Positions 37,121 through 49,994 of a stretch of DNA of 64,000 nucleotides are shown here, in pieces. Under the pieces are notes generated by a model. That model did not search any database. It saw only the letters and a program-made list of their open reading frames with translations, and had not been told where the DNA came from. The DNA lies in the NCBI RefSeq assembly GCF_963921235.1, contig NC_086097.1:178438001-178502000 (forward strand), given 5' to 3'. How positions within the stretch are numbered: position 1 is the first letter of the stretch; each line of letters starts with the position of its first letter. The stretch comes from Mobula hypostoma. Taxonomy: Eukaryota. The position numbers and the translations under genes are program-made.

Positions 37121-39335
37121 GTTGGTACTTGGAACCTCTGGTTCCATTACCAATCCCCCTCTTGGCTCAGGAATTTACACACATGTTCCTTCAGCTTGGT
37201 GGCTATGATGCCTGATAGGAGCTTCCATGTTGCTGACAGGCAGGTTATAGGCTGGTAGTTTGATAGTATTGTTTCTTAGTGGGGATCCTTCATTATGAGT
37301 ACTGTCCTTCCTTAAGTTAGCCAATGAGGGTAGGAGCCTGCTTCAAGCAGCTGGTTTGTTTGAGTTGCCAGCTGTGTATGTAATGCTGTTAGTCTCTTCA
37401 ACTAATAGGTGTGGATCATGTCAGGCCCTGATGATGTCCAATTCTTCATACTTGCTACCCGTTGCTGGCCATCTACTGCTGTGATGGACTGGTAAAAAAG
37501 CTGTCATACAAGACCAGGCAAACCAACCTAGGCACAGCCTGAATCGACTACCAGAAAGCATACACTCAATGCCCAACATATGGATCCTGGAATGTCTGTC
37601 TCTATACAAGGTCAACAAGACACTGAGGACCTTCATCAAGAACTCAGTGGACTATTGGAGGACAATGCTAGAAGTTAACTCGAAGCCAATGGCACAAGTG
37701 TCCATCAGACGTGGAATATACCAGGGTGATGTATGATTCCCACTGCTGTTCTGCATAGGTTTGAACCCCCTCAGCCAGATCATCTCAAAGAGTGGATATG
37801 GATGCAGGTTCAAGAGTGGAGTGATCATCAGCCACCTCCTATTACATGAATGAGATCGAGCTGTAAGCCACAGATGAAAGAGACATAAACTCACTAATCC
37901 GCCTGACAAGGGTGTACAGCAGAGACATCGGGATGTCATTGGGACTGGAAACAGCCAGATGATAGTGAAAAGAGGCAAACTCATCAGGACTGAAGGGGTC
38001 GAGTTACCTGAAGGCCACATACCAGGTGTGCAGGACAGCTGCAAATACCTGGGGATCCTGCAGGCATGTGGAAGCTATGATGAGAACATAACGTAGAGTG
38101 CAATATCCAAGTTCCTCCAAAGAGTGAGACAGGTTGTAAAAAGCCAGCTGAATGGGAAGAACAAGATCAGAGCCATCAATATATTTGCCCCACCGGTCAT
38201 CAGATACTCAGCCACAATGGTGGCCAAGGAACAAATTGGAAGCCGCTGACATCAGGTCCCAGAAACTACTATCAATACATGGAGGATTCCATCCAAAGTC
38301 CAAGGTTGAGCGACTGTACACCGGCCAGAATAAAGGAGGACGGGGACTTGGAAGTGTCAAGACCACAGTCCTTGAAGAAATGCAAATCATCCATGGATAT
38401 GTCAAGAAGATGGCCCCTAAGGACAACCTGCCAGGTGAATACCTCAGACAGTAGATAGGGATATGGAAATGGAAGTGGGTGAAGCATAGCCAAAGGACCA
38501 GAGGCCGTGGCAGGACAAGCCACTGCACCAGATTTACCATCGGCAGGTATCAGACGTGGCTGACATAAGAAAGTCCTAGCAATGGCTGGAAATGGCAGGG
38601 CTGAGGGACAGCACAGAGGTGCTGCTCATGGCTGCACAAGAACAGGTTCTGAGCACAAGAGCAATAGAAGCAGGGGTCTATCACACCAGACAAGACCCAA
38701 GATGCAGACTGAGCAATGAATCTACTAAAACCATCCAGCGGATAATAGTGGGGTGTAAAATCCAGGCAGGGACACCATGAACTGAACAACATAACCAAGT
38801 GGCAGAAATTGTGTACAGGAACATCTGTGCTAAGTATGGACTGGACACTTGCAAATCCAAATGGGAAGCACCCGAGAAGGTAGTGGAGGATGACAGAGCT
38901 AAGATCCTGTGGGACTTCCAGATACAGACTGTTAAGCAGCAACTGGCTTACCATCTAGACATAGTAATACTGGACAAGGAACAGAAGAAAGCAATGCTAA
39001 TAGATGTGGCAATCCCGAATGACAGTAACATCAGGAAGAAAGAATATGAATAGCTGGAGAAATACCGGGGCTTGAAGGAGAAGATAGAAAGGATGTGGAA
39101 GTTTAAAGCCAGAGTAATCTCTGTGGCAATAGGAGAACTTGGAGCTGTGACACCTGGACTGGGAGAGTGGCTCCAACAAATCCCAGGAACAACATCTGAG
39201 ATCTCGGTCCAGAGCAGCAAGGATACTGTGCTGTTTCCTCAAGCTCCCAGGCCTCTGGTAGAGGACCTGCGACTGAGAGAAAAAATACACATGCACACCA
39301 CCCATAAGGGGTGAGAAAAAAATGAAAATTTTATT
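37121..39335 (+). mobile_element. R4/Dong (Rex6-like) RLE-type non-LTR retrotransposon, 5'-truncated with 5' inversion
   Basis: RT motifs IDYQKAY, GIYQGD, PLLFCIGLNPLS; degenerate zinc knuckle DPRCRL...IIVGC; HNQVAEIVYRNIC; RLE region KILWDFQIQT...DIVILD...LIDVAIP...KY. Segment 37121-37493 encodes the RT N-terminal part on the minus strand. Confidence 0.88.
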
Positions 39336-39342
39336 ATGTATA

Positions 39343-42096
39343 TGTAACACGCTGGGAAAGGTTTCACTGCTAATGTAATGGCCTTTCTATAGATGCACTG
39401 CTAATGTAATGGTCTTTCTGTAGAAGCAATGTTTGTGTTATGGTTAGAGACAACAGGTGCTTTGGAATGTGAGCTGTACAATGAGGGCAGTGTGTTTTTG
39501 TGCTGTGTGCCTGACACCAAGGTGATCTGGGTCCTTTGTTCAGTGGTAGATCAATTGGGAGCTTCTAATGGCGCCATCACACAAGCTTACTGTAACCTGA
39601 CTGCTCTGAAGACAAACCAGTTACCGGAATGGCGTCCTGGGGAAGTGGCAGCTGCTCAGCAAGATGACCCAGGCATCGGTACCATTTGGTCAGCGGTCGA
39701 AAAGGGAGACTTGGCCCAAGCGGAGAAGACGAAACACGCTGCAGTGCCTCCATTACTGTGAGAATGGCCCAGAATGGAATTGAGGAACCATATCCTAAGA
39801 GGGGTCACGTCGCCCCCAAACCAACCCCGGTAGTTGGTTCTACCTAGAAAAGTATCAGAGGATTGTGTTGAAGTCTCTTCATGATGATTCTGGACATTTG
39901 GGGGTTGAAAAGACCTATGGATTGCTCAGAGATTGGTTCTACTGGACACCTGGACTGGGAGAGTGAATGAAGCTGGAGGTCGAAGAATACTGCAAGTCAA
40001 GCATTCGATGCATAGGGTGGAAGACATTGCCTACATGGGCAACTCCCTCATCCCACTTGCAGAGTGCGAGACCCCTGGACCTAATGTGTATGGATTTCCT
40101 ATCAATGGAGCCAGATCCCAGCACACGGTGAATTACTTAGTCATCATGGATCACTGCATTAGATATGTGCAAGCTCTCCCCACCAAGGACCAGACGGTGT
40201 CCACGGTGGCCAAAGTGTTATGGGAGAAGTATTTCATTTATTATGGCTTCCCCAAGTGGATACATAGTGATCTGGGACAAGGTTTTGAATGTAGGTTCAT
40301 ACATGAGTTACTGAGCATGTTCGGAGTCAAGAAGTCGAGGATTACTTCTTATCACCCGTAGGTGATCCCCAGCCCACGAGGTTTAATCGGAACTTGCTAG
40401 GCATGCTCGGACCTCTGGAAATCAACAAGAAGACCAAGTGGAGTCAACATATTGAACATCTGGTCCACTGCCAGAACTGTACACAAAATGAAGCTATTGG
40501 GTACTTGCCATATTATCTGATGTTTGGGCATGAGGCGAGGTTGCCCATTGACCTTTGTTTAGGGACTGGTGAGGAAGACCTACCACCGAAGACTTATCTG
40601 AAGTATGTGTCTGATATGATAAGGGAGCTGAAAAAGACTTATGAATTAGTTGAGGTCGCGGCTGCCAAGCAGAATCAAGGAAATAAGAGGAAGTACGATC
40701 AAAAGGTTAGGTTCTCCCAACTCCTGCCAGGAGACCAAGTCCTCTTATGGAATTTGGGGCTACCTGGGAAGCACAAGTTGGCTGATGCTGGGCGGCTACG
40801 CCCTATGTGGTAGAGAGTCAGATACCAAACGTACCAGTTTTCCAGGTGAAACCAGAGGATGGGAATGGGCCTGTCAAGATTCTCCATCGGAACCACCTTC
40901 TGCCTCTGGGACAAGAGGTGCGGGTTGACCCAGAGCCAACCTGGAGCCTACACCTAGTCAGAGGACTCTGCGTCGACACGGGGTGACTGCAGGACCAACA
41001 GCAGGAGAGATTAGACCGGCCCCCGCCCCTGACTGGGATACTGATTCGGAGGATGAGGAAATGGGGGTGTGGTATATGCTGCCTTTTGCTAACTCCCCAC
41101 TGATTGAGGAAGGGATTCCCAACCCTTCTCATGCTGAGCCAGATGAAATTGGGAGTGGGGGGGCTATCTGTGGACAACCTGGGTTTCGACAGGACCCTGA
41201 AAGGGACGAAGCGGGGCTCAGCCAAGGGATGGAGGGGTCCGAGTTGCAAGAAGGCACGAGTGATAGACTTGGGGAGGCCTCGGCAGGTAGACCAGAAGTA
41301 TCGCCAGTAGTGTCGGAACATGAAGAGGTAACGGAGATCTCAGAGAATTAGGAGACCACCAGATAGGCTGACCTATGTAGCACCGGGTGAACAGAGTGTG
41401 GATCCTAGCGCTTTGGGGAGCTGTATCTTTGCCTTTTACACCTGGGTTGGACTTTGTGCTTTGCATGAAGAGTTGGCAAGTTATCTCAATGTCATGAGGA
41501 TATTACTAAATTTGGTGGGGGGGGGGGAAGGGAGAGTGTAACGCCCTAGGAAAGGTTTCACTGCTAATGTGATGGTCTTTCTGTAGAAACAGAGTTTGGG
41601 TTATGGTTAGAGATAACGGGTGCTTTGGAATGTGAGCCGTCCAGTGAGGGGAGTGTGTGCCTGACACCGAGGTGATCTGGGTCCTTTGGTCGGCAGGAGA
41701 TGGAGAGAGAAGACGCCAGAAAGGAGAGGTCGTAGACACCAGAAAAGAGTGGACTTGGAGTGGGACCGGGAGTCGACAAAGCCCAGGGAAATTGATGGAG
41801 GATCAGCAAAGGGAAACTGTGAGCTCCAACTTGTGCACATTGGATTTTCATTAAAATGGGCCCTTTTCTTTTTGTTTTACTTTACTAACCCTTTAGTCAA
41901 ATTAAGAATTATAAAGCTAAATTGTTTAATTGCATATGGCGTAGGGTCTGTTATTTCGCTGTACTGATTTGTAACAGGGTAACAAATTACCCAGTATCCA
42001 CACAAACAGGAGGTTTAGTACCTTAATTTCACACATTTGGCGGGGCCAGAGATTGTCTCCCTAGACTTACACAGCCAACAGAACCTAAGGGTTACA
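39343..42096 (+). mobile_element. Gypsy LTR retrotransposon, deletion derivative retaining the integrase region
   Basis: TGTAAC...GTTACA termini with TATA on both sides. Truncated 5' LTR about 39343-39540; 3' LTR 41537-42096 preceded by a G-rich polypurine tract (PPT). Integrase motifs HDDSGHLG, YLVIMDH, IHSDLGQGF, TSYHP. Confidence 0.9.
41537..42096 (+). repeat. 3' LTR (560 bp)
   Basis: Start matches the sequence from 39343 (tgtaac...gaaaggtttcactgctaatg). TG...CA ends with a short inverted repeat. Confidence 0.88.
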
Positions 42097-42910
42097 TATA
42101 TATAAAAGTTAAATTAAATAAGCTGTGTAAAAATAAGTAGTGAGGTGGTGTTCATGGGTTCAATGTCCATTCAGAAATCAGATGGCAGAGGGGAAGAAGC
42201 TGTTCCTGAATCATTGAGTATGTGCTTTCGAGCTCTTGTACCTCCTCTCTGATGATAGCAATGAGAAAAGAGCATGTCCCGGGTGATGGAGGTACTTAAT
42301 GATGGATGCCACCTTTCTGAGGCATTGCTCCCTGAGGATGTCCTGGATGCTAAGAAGGCTAATACCCATGATGGAGCTGACTGAGTTCATGACTTTCTGC
42401 AGCTTCTATTTCGATCCTGTGCAGTGTCCCCAATACCAACTGCAGCCAGTTGAAATGCTCTCCGTGGTGCATCTGTAGAAATTTGCAAGTGTCTTTGGTG
42501 ATGTAACAAACCTCTTCAAATTCCAAAAGAAATATAGCCACTGTTGTGCCTTCTTTGTAACTGCATCAATATGTTGGGTCCAGGATCGATCCTCAGAGAT
42601 GCTGACACTCATGAGCTTTAAATTGTTCACTCTCTCCACTTCTAATTCCTCTATGAGGACTCATCCCTCATCCAACCCTTTCTGAAGTCCACAGTCAATT
42701 CTTTGTTGTTCCTGGCTCTGCTGTAACACCACTCAATTAGCAGATATATCTCGCTCCTGTATGCCTTCTTGTCACCGTCTGAAATTCTGCCAACAACTGT
42801 TGTGGCATCAGCAAATTTTTAGATGACATTTGAGCTGTGCCTAGCACACAGTCATGGGTATAGAGAGAGTAGAATAGTGGGCTAAGTACATATCCTTGAG
42901 GTGTGCCGGT
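42097..42910 (-). mobile_element. Rex1/Babar body, continuation of 37001-37120
   Basis: ERVNNLKLMSVSISEDRSWTQHID...NFYRCTTES. Confidence 0.85.
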
Positions 42911-42914
42911 GGTG

Positions 42915-43860
42915 GGGGTAGGCTACTGCACAAGATCAAAATAACTTACAGAAGCTTGTAAAATTAGTCAGCTCTATCATGGGTACCAGCCTCCAGAGTA
43001 CCCAAGACTTCTCAAGGAGCGGTGCCTTAGGAAGGCAGTGTCCATCACTAAGGACTCCCAGCACCCAGGACACGCCTTCTTCACATTGTTACCAGAGGAA
43101 GGAGGTACAGAAGCCTGAAGAAACTCTCTCAGCGATTTAGGAACAGCTTCTTCCCCTCTGCCATCCGATGCCTAAATGGACATTCTACCCATGAACACTA
43201 CCTCACTACTTTTTTATCTCTGTCATGTTGAACTATTTATTTTAACTTAACTATTTAATAGGCAGTTTTTTTCTATATTTATTAGTCGTGTATTTCATTG
43301 TACTGCTGCCGTTAAGTTAACAATTTTCGTGACATATGCCAGTGATGCAGCCAGTCAGAATGCTCTCCGTGGTACATTTGTAGAGGTTTTTGAGTATTTT
43401 AGTTGACAAATCAAATTTCCTCAATCTCCTAATGAAATATAGCCACTGTATTGCCTTCTTTATAATTGCATCAATATGTTGTGTCCAGATTAGGTCCTCA
43501 GAGATCTTGACACCCAGGAACTTGAAATTGCTCACTCTCCACTTCAGATCCCTCTAAGAGGATGGGTTTGTATTCCCTTGTCTAATCCTTCCTGAAGTTC
43601 ACAATCAGCTCTTTGGTCTTGCTGATGTTGGGTGCCAGGTTGTTGCTGCAACACCACCTAACTAACTGGTCTATCTCACTCCTGTATGGTTGTATCATCA
43701 ACAAATTGATAGATGCTGTTTCTTCTTGGGTACTGGTATGATTGTTGCCCTTTTGAAACAGGTGGTAACCTCCAACTGTTCCTATGACAGATTGAAAATG
43801 TCTTTGAACACAACAGACAATTGGTCGCCACAGTTTTCAGAGCCCCACCCGGTTTCCACT
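42915..43860. mobile_element. Two further Rex1/Babar fragments (plus 42915-43345, minus 43346-43860)
   Basis: Plus-strand C-terminus and 3' UTR, then minus-strand SNFKFLGVKISEDLIWTQHID. Confidence 0.75.
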
Positions 43861-44025
43861 GGGCCGGTCACCTTAAATCACTTCCCTTTCACCTTAAACC
43901 TATGTCCTTAGTTCTTGATTCCTCAACCATGAGGAAGAGACTCTACCTATGCCCCTCATGACTTTATATACCCCTCTCAGATCACCTCTCAGTTTTCTAC
44001 ATTCAAAGGAAAAAAGTCACAACGT

Positions 44026-45110
44026 CATAGAATCATAGAGTAGTACAGGATGGAAACAGGTCCTTCAGCGCAGTTGGTCCTTGCCAACCTTAGCATCATC
44101 CTTGCTAGTCCCAGTTGTCCTCATTCACCTCATAACCCTCAAAGTCTCTCCCTCCTCCATGTACCTATCCAAATGCTTCTTAAATGTTGAAATTGTACCA
44201 ACCTTGACCACTTCTTCTGGCAGCTCATTCCAGGTACTCACTACCCATGGTGTAAAAATGTTATTTCCCAAGTCTCTTTTAAATCTCTCCCCTTTTTTTA
44301 ATCTTGTACCTGTGCCCTCTAGTTATGGATTCACTAATCCTGGAGAAAAGACTGTGACTTTATCTGTACATCTCATGCTTTTATAAACTTCAATGAAATC
44401 ACCCTTCATTCTATTCTCCAAGGAACAAAGATCCAGTGGGGCTAACCTCTCTATAACTAAGGCAACATTTTCATAAATCTTTCTTACACCTCTCCAGCTT
44501 GACAATGTCTTTCCGATTACAGGGAGACCAAAATTGTACATGATACTTCATATGCAGCCTCACCAGTGACTTATATAACTGCAACATAATGTCCCATTCC
44601 TAACCTCGATAGCCTGACTGATGAAGGTTAGCATACTAAACACTTCCTTCATCACCTTGTCTATTTGTGCAGCTGCTTTCAGTGAACTGTGCACCTGTAC
44701 TCCCAGGTCCCTCTGTTCCACTCTGTTCCACAACACTTGTTAGTGCCCTGCCGTTCCCAGCACAGGTCCTATCCTGGTCCGACTGACCAAAATGCATCCC
44801 CTCACATGTATTTAAGTTAAACTTCACTTTGCATTCCTCTGGTAATCTCCCTAACGATCAAGATCCCTTTGCAATTCATTGTAACCTGCTTCATTGTCAA
44901 TAAAACACTCTAATTTGGTATCATCAACAAAGTTACTAATCGTGCTACTTACATTCATATCTAAATTATTTACATAAATAATGAATAACAGAGGTCCCAG
45001 CACCGAACGCAGGGGTTAGCCCACTAGTCTCAGGCCTCCAGTCAGAGAATTGTCCTTCAGCTATCACCATCTGCTTCCTTTCATCGAACCAATTCTGAAC
45101 TCACATTGCT
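44026..45110 (-). mobile_element. CR1 LINE 3' part, decayed
   Basis: Tail catagaatcatagag; MKFNLNTCEGMHFG; RMKGDFIEVYK. Confidence 0.8.
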
Positions 45111-45489
45111 AGCGCCCTCTAAATCCCATGTGACCTAACCTAGCTTGTTCTAGCCCATCCAAACTCTCCCTATGGCTCAGTCCTTCGAGTCCTCGAAACG
45201 TCATTGTAAATGTTTCATGTATTCTTTCCAGATTAATAATATCTTTCCCATGACAGGGTGAGAGTGGGGTGTGTTTTCCATTGTGTTCCTCTCTCACAGA
45301 TGATGGAAAGCTTTTACAGTATCAGGGGGTGACTGACTCCCTGCAGGAGGCTCTGACTTGTTTGCAGCTGGTCTAGTTGAGTTTCCAGTCAATGGCGACC
45401 CTGAGCATTTTATGATTGGGGACTTGAAGGCAAGACTAATGAATGCCTAGGATGGTGGTTAGACTCTTGATTGAGATGGCCATTCCCTT

Positions 45490-45950
45490 GCAAGTTTGTC
45501 ATATCCAACACGTCATTCTCCATAACTTCCATCATCTCCAAAGGGATCCCACCACGAAGCATATCGAATTCCCATCCCTCTCCACTTTCCGAAGGGATTG
45601 CTCTTTTCCTGACTCCCTTGTCCACTGTCTCTCCCACTGATCTCCTTCCTGGTATCTAACCCTGCAAGCATGACAAGTGTTACACCTGCCACTACACCTC
45701 CTCCCTCACCACCAGTCACGGCCCCAAACAGTCCTTCCAAATGAAGTGACACTTCACCTTGAGTCTTTCATCTGCTGTATCTGGTGCTACCAGTGCAGCC
45801 TCCTCTACTTCGAAGAGAACAGATATAGATTGGGGGACCACTTTGTTGAACGCCTTCCATTTGTTGCAAAATGCAGGATCTCCTGGGATCCACTGCCCTC
45901 CTGCCCTCTTTGTTCAATTCCCTGTTCTGGCAATTTCTCACCCCTCACTT
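45490..45950 (+). mobile_element. Penelope-like element fragment, split by a CR1
   Basis: HVILHNFHHLQRDPTTKHI...FRRDCSFPDSLVH and a decayed GIY-YIG region; homologous to 34350-34760. Confidence 0.8.
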
Positions 45951-48760
45951 AGAACCATAGAACCATAGAACACTACAGCACAGAAAACAGGCCATTCGGC
46001 CCTTCTAGTCTGTGCCGAAACTTTATTCCGCTAGTCCAATTGACCTGCACCCAGTCCATAACCCTCCAGAACACTCCCATCCATGTATCTATCCAATTTA
46101 TTCTTAAAACTTATGTGAGCCCGCATTTATCACATCAGATGGCAGCTCGTTCCACACTCCCACCACTCTTTGAGCGAAGAAGTTCCCCCTAATGTTCTCC
46201 CTATATCTTTCCCCTTTCACCCTAAAGCCACATCCTCTCGTATTTATCTCTCCTAATCTAAGTGGAAAGAGCCTATTCGTATTTACTCTGTCTATACCCC
46301 TCATAATCTTGTAAACCTCTATCAAATCCCCCTCATTCTTCTACGCTCCAAGGAATAAAGTCCTAACCTGTTCAATCTTTCCCTGTAACTCAACTCCTGA
46401 AGACCCGGCAACATCCTAGTAAATCTTCTCTGCACACTTTCAATCTTACTGATATCCTTCCTATAGTTAAGTGACCAGAACTGCACACAATATTCCAAAT
46501 TTGGCCTCACCAATGTCTTATACAACCTCGCCATAACATCCCAACTCCTATACTCAATATTTTGATTTACGAATGCCAGGATGCCAAAAACCATCTTTAC
46601 CACCCTGTCCACCTGTGACGCCACGTTCAGGGAATTATGTATCTGAACTCCCAGATCCCTTTGTTCCTCCGCACTCCTCAGTGCCCTACCATTTACTGTG
46701 TATGTCCTACCTTGATTTGTCTTTCCAAAATGCAACACCTCACACTTGTCTGCATTAAATTCCATCTGCCATTTTCTAGCCCATTTTTCCAGTTGGTTTA
46801 GATCCCTCTGCAAGCTTTGAAAGCCTTCCTCGTTGTCCACATCACCTCCAATCTTAGTGTCATCAGCAAACTTGCTGATCCAATTTACCACATTATCATC
46901 TAGATCAGTGGTTCCCAACCACCGGGCCGTGAGGAAACAATATGATTTGGCGATATGAAACAATATGAGTCAGCTGCACCTTTCCTCATTCCCTGTCACG
47001 CCCTTTGTTGAACTTGAACACCCCCGCCCCCACCGTCGGCCGGTCTGCAAGGATATTGTCAATACTAAACTGGTCTGCGGTGCAAAAAAGGTTGGGGACC
47101 CCTGATCTAGATCATTGATATAGACAACAAACAACAATAGTCTGAGCACAGATCCCTGAGGCACACCACTAGTCACAGGTCTCCAGCCTGAGAAGCAATC
47201 ATCCACTACCACTCTCTGTCTTCTCCCACACAGCCAATTTCGAATCCAGTTTAAAACCTCTCCATGGATACCTAGTGTCTGAACCTTCTGAACTAACCTC
47301 CCATGTGGGACCTTGTCAAAGGCCTTACTAAAGTCCATGTAGACAACATCCACAGCCTTTCCTTCATCTACTTTCTTGGTAACCTCCTCGAAAAACTCTA
47401 CAAGATTCATTAAACACGATCTACCACGCACAAAGAAAGACTATCCTTAATCAACCCTTGGCTGTCCAAATACTTGTATATCCAATCTCTCAGAACACCT
47501 TCCAATAATTTACCTACTACTGATGTCAGGCTCACCGGCCTGTAATTACCTGGTTTACTTTTAGAACCTTTTTTAAACAACGGAACAACATGAGCTACAC
47601 ACCAGTCCTCCGGCACCACACCCGTGGCTAAGGACATTTTAAATATTTCTGCCAGGACCCCTGCAATTTCTACACTAGTCTCTCTCAAGGTCCGAGGAAA
47701 TATCATGTCAGGCCCGGGGGATTTATCTACCTTTATTCGCTGTAAGGCAGCAAGCACCTCTTCCTCCTTAATCTCTATATGTTCCATGACACTACTGCTT
47801 ATTTCCCTTCCTTCCATATACACTATGCCAGTTTCCTGAGTAAATACTGATGCAAAAAAACTGTTTAAGATCTCCCCCGTCTTGTGAGGCTCTACACATA
47901 GATGACTACTCTGATCTTCTAGGGAACCAATTTTGTCCCTTACTCTTAATATACTTGTAGAAACCCTTTGGGTTTACCTTCACATTATCTGCCAAAGCAA
48001 CCTCATGTCTTCTTTTTGCCTTCCTGATTTCCTTCTTCAGTATTTTCTTACATTTTCTTTACTCTTCAAGATCCTCATTTGTTCCTAGTTGCCTATACCT
48101 GCTATACACCGCTTTCTTTTTCTTAACCAGATTGCCAACATCCCTCGAAAACCAAGGTTCCCTATGCCTGTTAACTTTGCCTTTAATCCTGGCAGGAACA
48201 TGCCAACTCTGCACTCTCAAAATTTCGCCCTTGACAGTCTTCCACTTACTGAACACATCCTTGCCAGAAAACAACTTATCCCAATCCACTCTTCCTAGAT
48301 CCTTTCTCATTTCCACAAAATTGGCCTTTCTCCAATTTAGAACATCAACTCGAGGACCAGACCTATCTTTATCCATAATTAACTTGAAACTAATGACATT
48401 ATGGTCACCGGACCCAAAATGTTTGCCTGCACATACTTCTGTCACCTGACCTGTCTGGTTCCCTAATAGGAGATCAAGTATTGCATCCTCTCTCGTTGGT
48501 ACCTCTATATATTGATTTAGAAAACTTTCCTGAACACATTTGACGAACTCCAAGTCATCTAGCCCTTTCACAGTGTGGGAGTCCCAGTCAATATGTGGAA
48601 AGTTAAAATCCCCTACTATTACAACTGTCTGTTTTTCACATCGGTCTGCTATCTCTCTACAGATTTGCTCCTCCAACTCTCTCTGACTATTGGGTGGTCT
48701 ATAATACAACCCTATTAGTTTGGTCATACCTTTCCCGTTCCTCAGCTCCACCCATATGGC
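45951..48760 (-). mobile_element. CR1 LINE ORF2 (endonuclease and RT) plus tail, relatively well preserved
   Basis: ORFs 48059-48751 (YYRPPN, VGDFNFP, GDHN), 47410-47823, 46970-47431 (DFSKAFDKVPH, GVPQGSVL), 46322-46963 (KFADDTK). Tail (agaaccat)n. Confidence 0.95.
46906..47104. mobile_element. hAT (Charlie-like) MITE, 199 bp
   Basis: TIRs cagtggttcccaacc and (reverse complement) caggggtccccaacc. Perfect 8 bp TSD atctagat at 46898-46905 and 47105-47112. Interrupts the CR1 RT at YINDLD. Confidence 0.93.
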
Positions 48761-49105
48761 CTCTGCTTTTCACTTGTCCTCCTTCCCTTTCTCCCATGGT
48801 CCACTGTCCTCACCTGTTAGAGCCCTTTTTCTTCAGCCTTTTACCTCTTCAATATTCATCCTCCCCCACCCACCACCTTCTCCCTCACCAGATCTCACTG
48901 ATCACCTGCCAGACCCCCCTCTCACTGCCCCCTATCTCCTTATTCTAGTTTCTGAACTTTCCTTTTCAGTCCTCATGAAGGGTCTCAACTTAAAACAGTA
49001 ACTATTGATTCCCCTCCATAGGCGCTGCCTGACTTGCTGAGTTCCTCTACAATTTTGTATGCATTGCTCACGATTCCCAACACCTGCAGAATCTCTTGTG
49101 GTTAG
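48761..49105 (+). mobile_element. 3' part of the split PLE with decayed hammerhead
   Basis: Pyrimidine-rich tract, then cagtc-ctcatga-agggtctc... at about 48967, then the usual tail. Confidence 0.75.
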
Positions 49106-49355
49106 ATTTGTGACATGAACGTCACCTAGTACTTTTAAGTTATTGCCTGAACGTTGTCCAGGTCAGGCTGGGCAGCTTCATTTGCTGAAGAGTTGCAGAC
49201 AGAATGAATCATCAGCAAACTTCCCTACTTGATAACACCCTGAGCAAATGGCAGTAGTTCCATCCAGCAAGGACTTGCTGCCCACCCTCAGTACACACAT
49301 CTTCCTGGCACGAGCTTTCCCCCAGTGCCCTTGCTGCTGACTAACAGACTCAGAT

Positions 49356-49940
49356 TCATTTATTCATTTCTCTTTCACATGTACATCGAAACATTGATGC
49401 AGTGCAATACATTGTTTGCATTAACAACCAACCCAACCTAAGGATGCACTGAGGGCACTCTGTAGGTGTCGCCACACGTCCCGGCACCAATGTATCATGT
49501 GCACCATGCTCTGCAGAACAACACGCAGCCAACAAACAACAGCAACAGCAAAACAAACCCACTTCCCACCCTCTCAACACCACCCCTCCCTCCCACTCAC
49601 ACACACACACACAGACGGGACTGCAACCCCAGGAGAGGCCACCTCTGGGCCTCCAACCTCCACTCCTGGGCTCCAGACTCTCAACCTCACAGACATCAGG
49701 CCTCCAATTTCTGGACACGGTGACCCGGGGCTTCAGCCTTTGGGCCTTGACTTCTGGACTCACTGACTTCAGTCTTCGACCTCCAGTAACGACCTCAGGA
49801 TTCGTCAGTTGTGGGACTTTGAACTCCAGGCCTCGGCCTCCAGTTTCACACAGACTTCCAACCCCAGGAGGATCACCAGCCCCCGACATATCCTGCCTAC
49901 AGGAACATCCCGTTCTTCCACTAGACATGCATCTTCCCGT
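49356..49940 (-). mobile_element. Non-coding retroposon sharing its 3' end with the V-SINEs
   Basis: 49356-49500 matches the V-SINE 3' region (compare 51725-51860). The upstream part lacks the V core and has short internal repeats (ggcctccaa/ggcctccag). Confidence 0.5.
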
Positions 49941-49994
49941 CATGACCTGTCCTCCAGTACCTTTGCTGCTGACTGTCACTTCCCCTGTCAAAAT

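Noticed and set aside
40983..41351. Acidic 122 aa ORF as an env or accessory gene
   Set aside because: No signal peptide or transmembrane segment; consistent with the disordered tail of Gypsy pol after integrase.
46322..48751. Long endonuclease/RT ORFs as an active or domesticated gene
   Set aside because: Split by frameshifts and a MITE, and 5'-truncated; an ordinary dead CR1.
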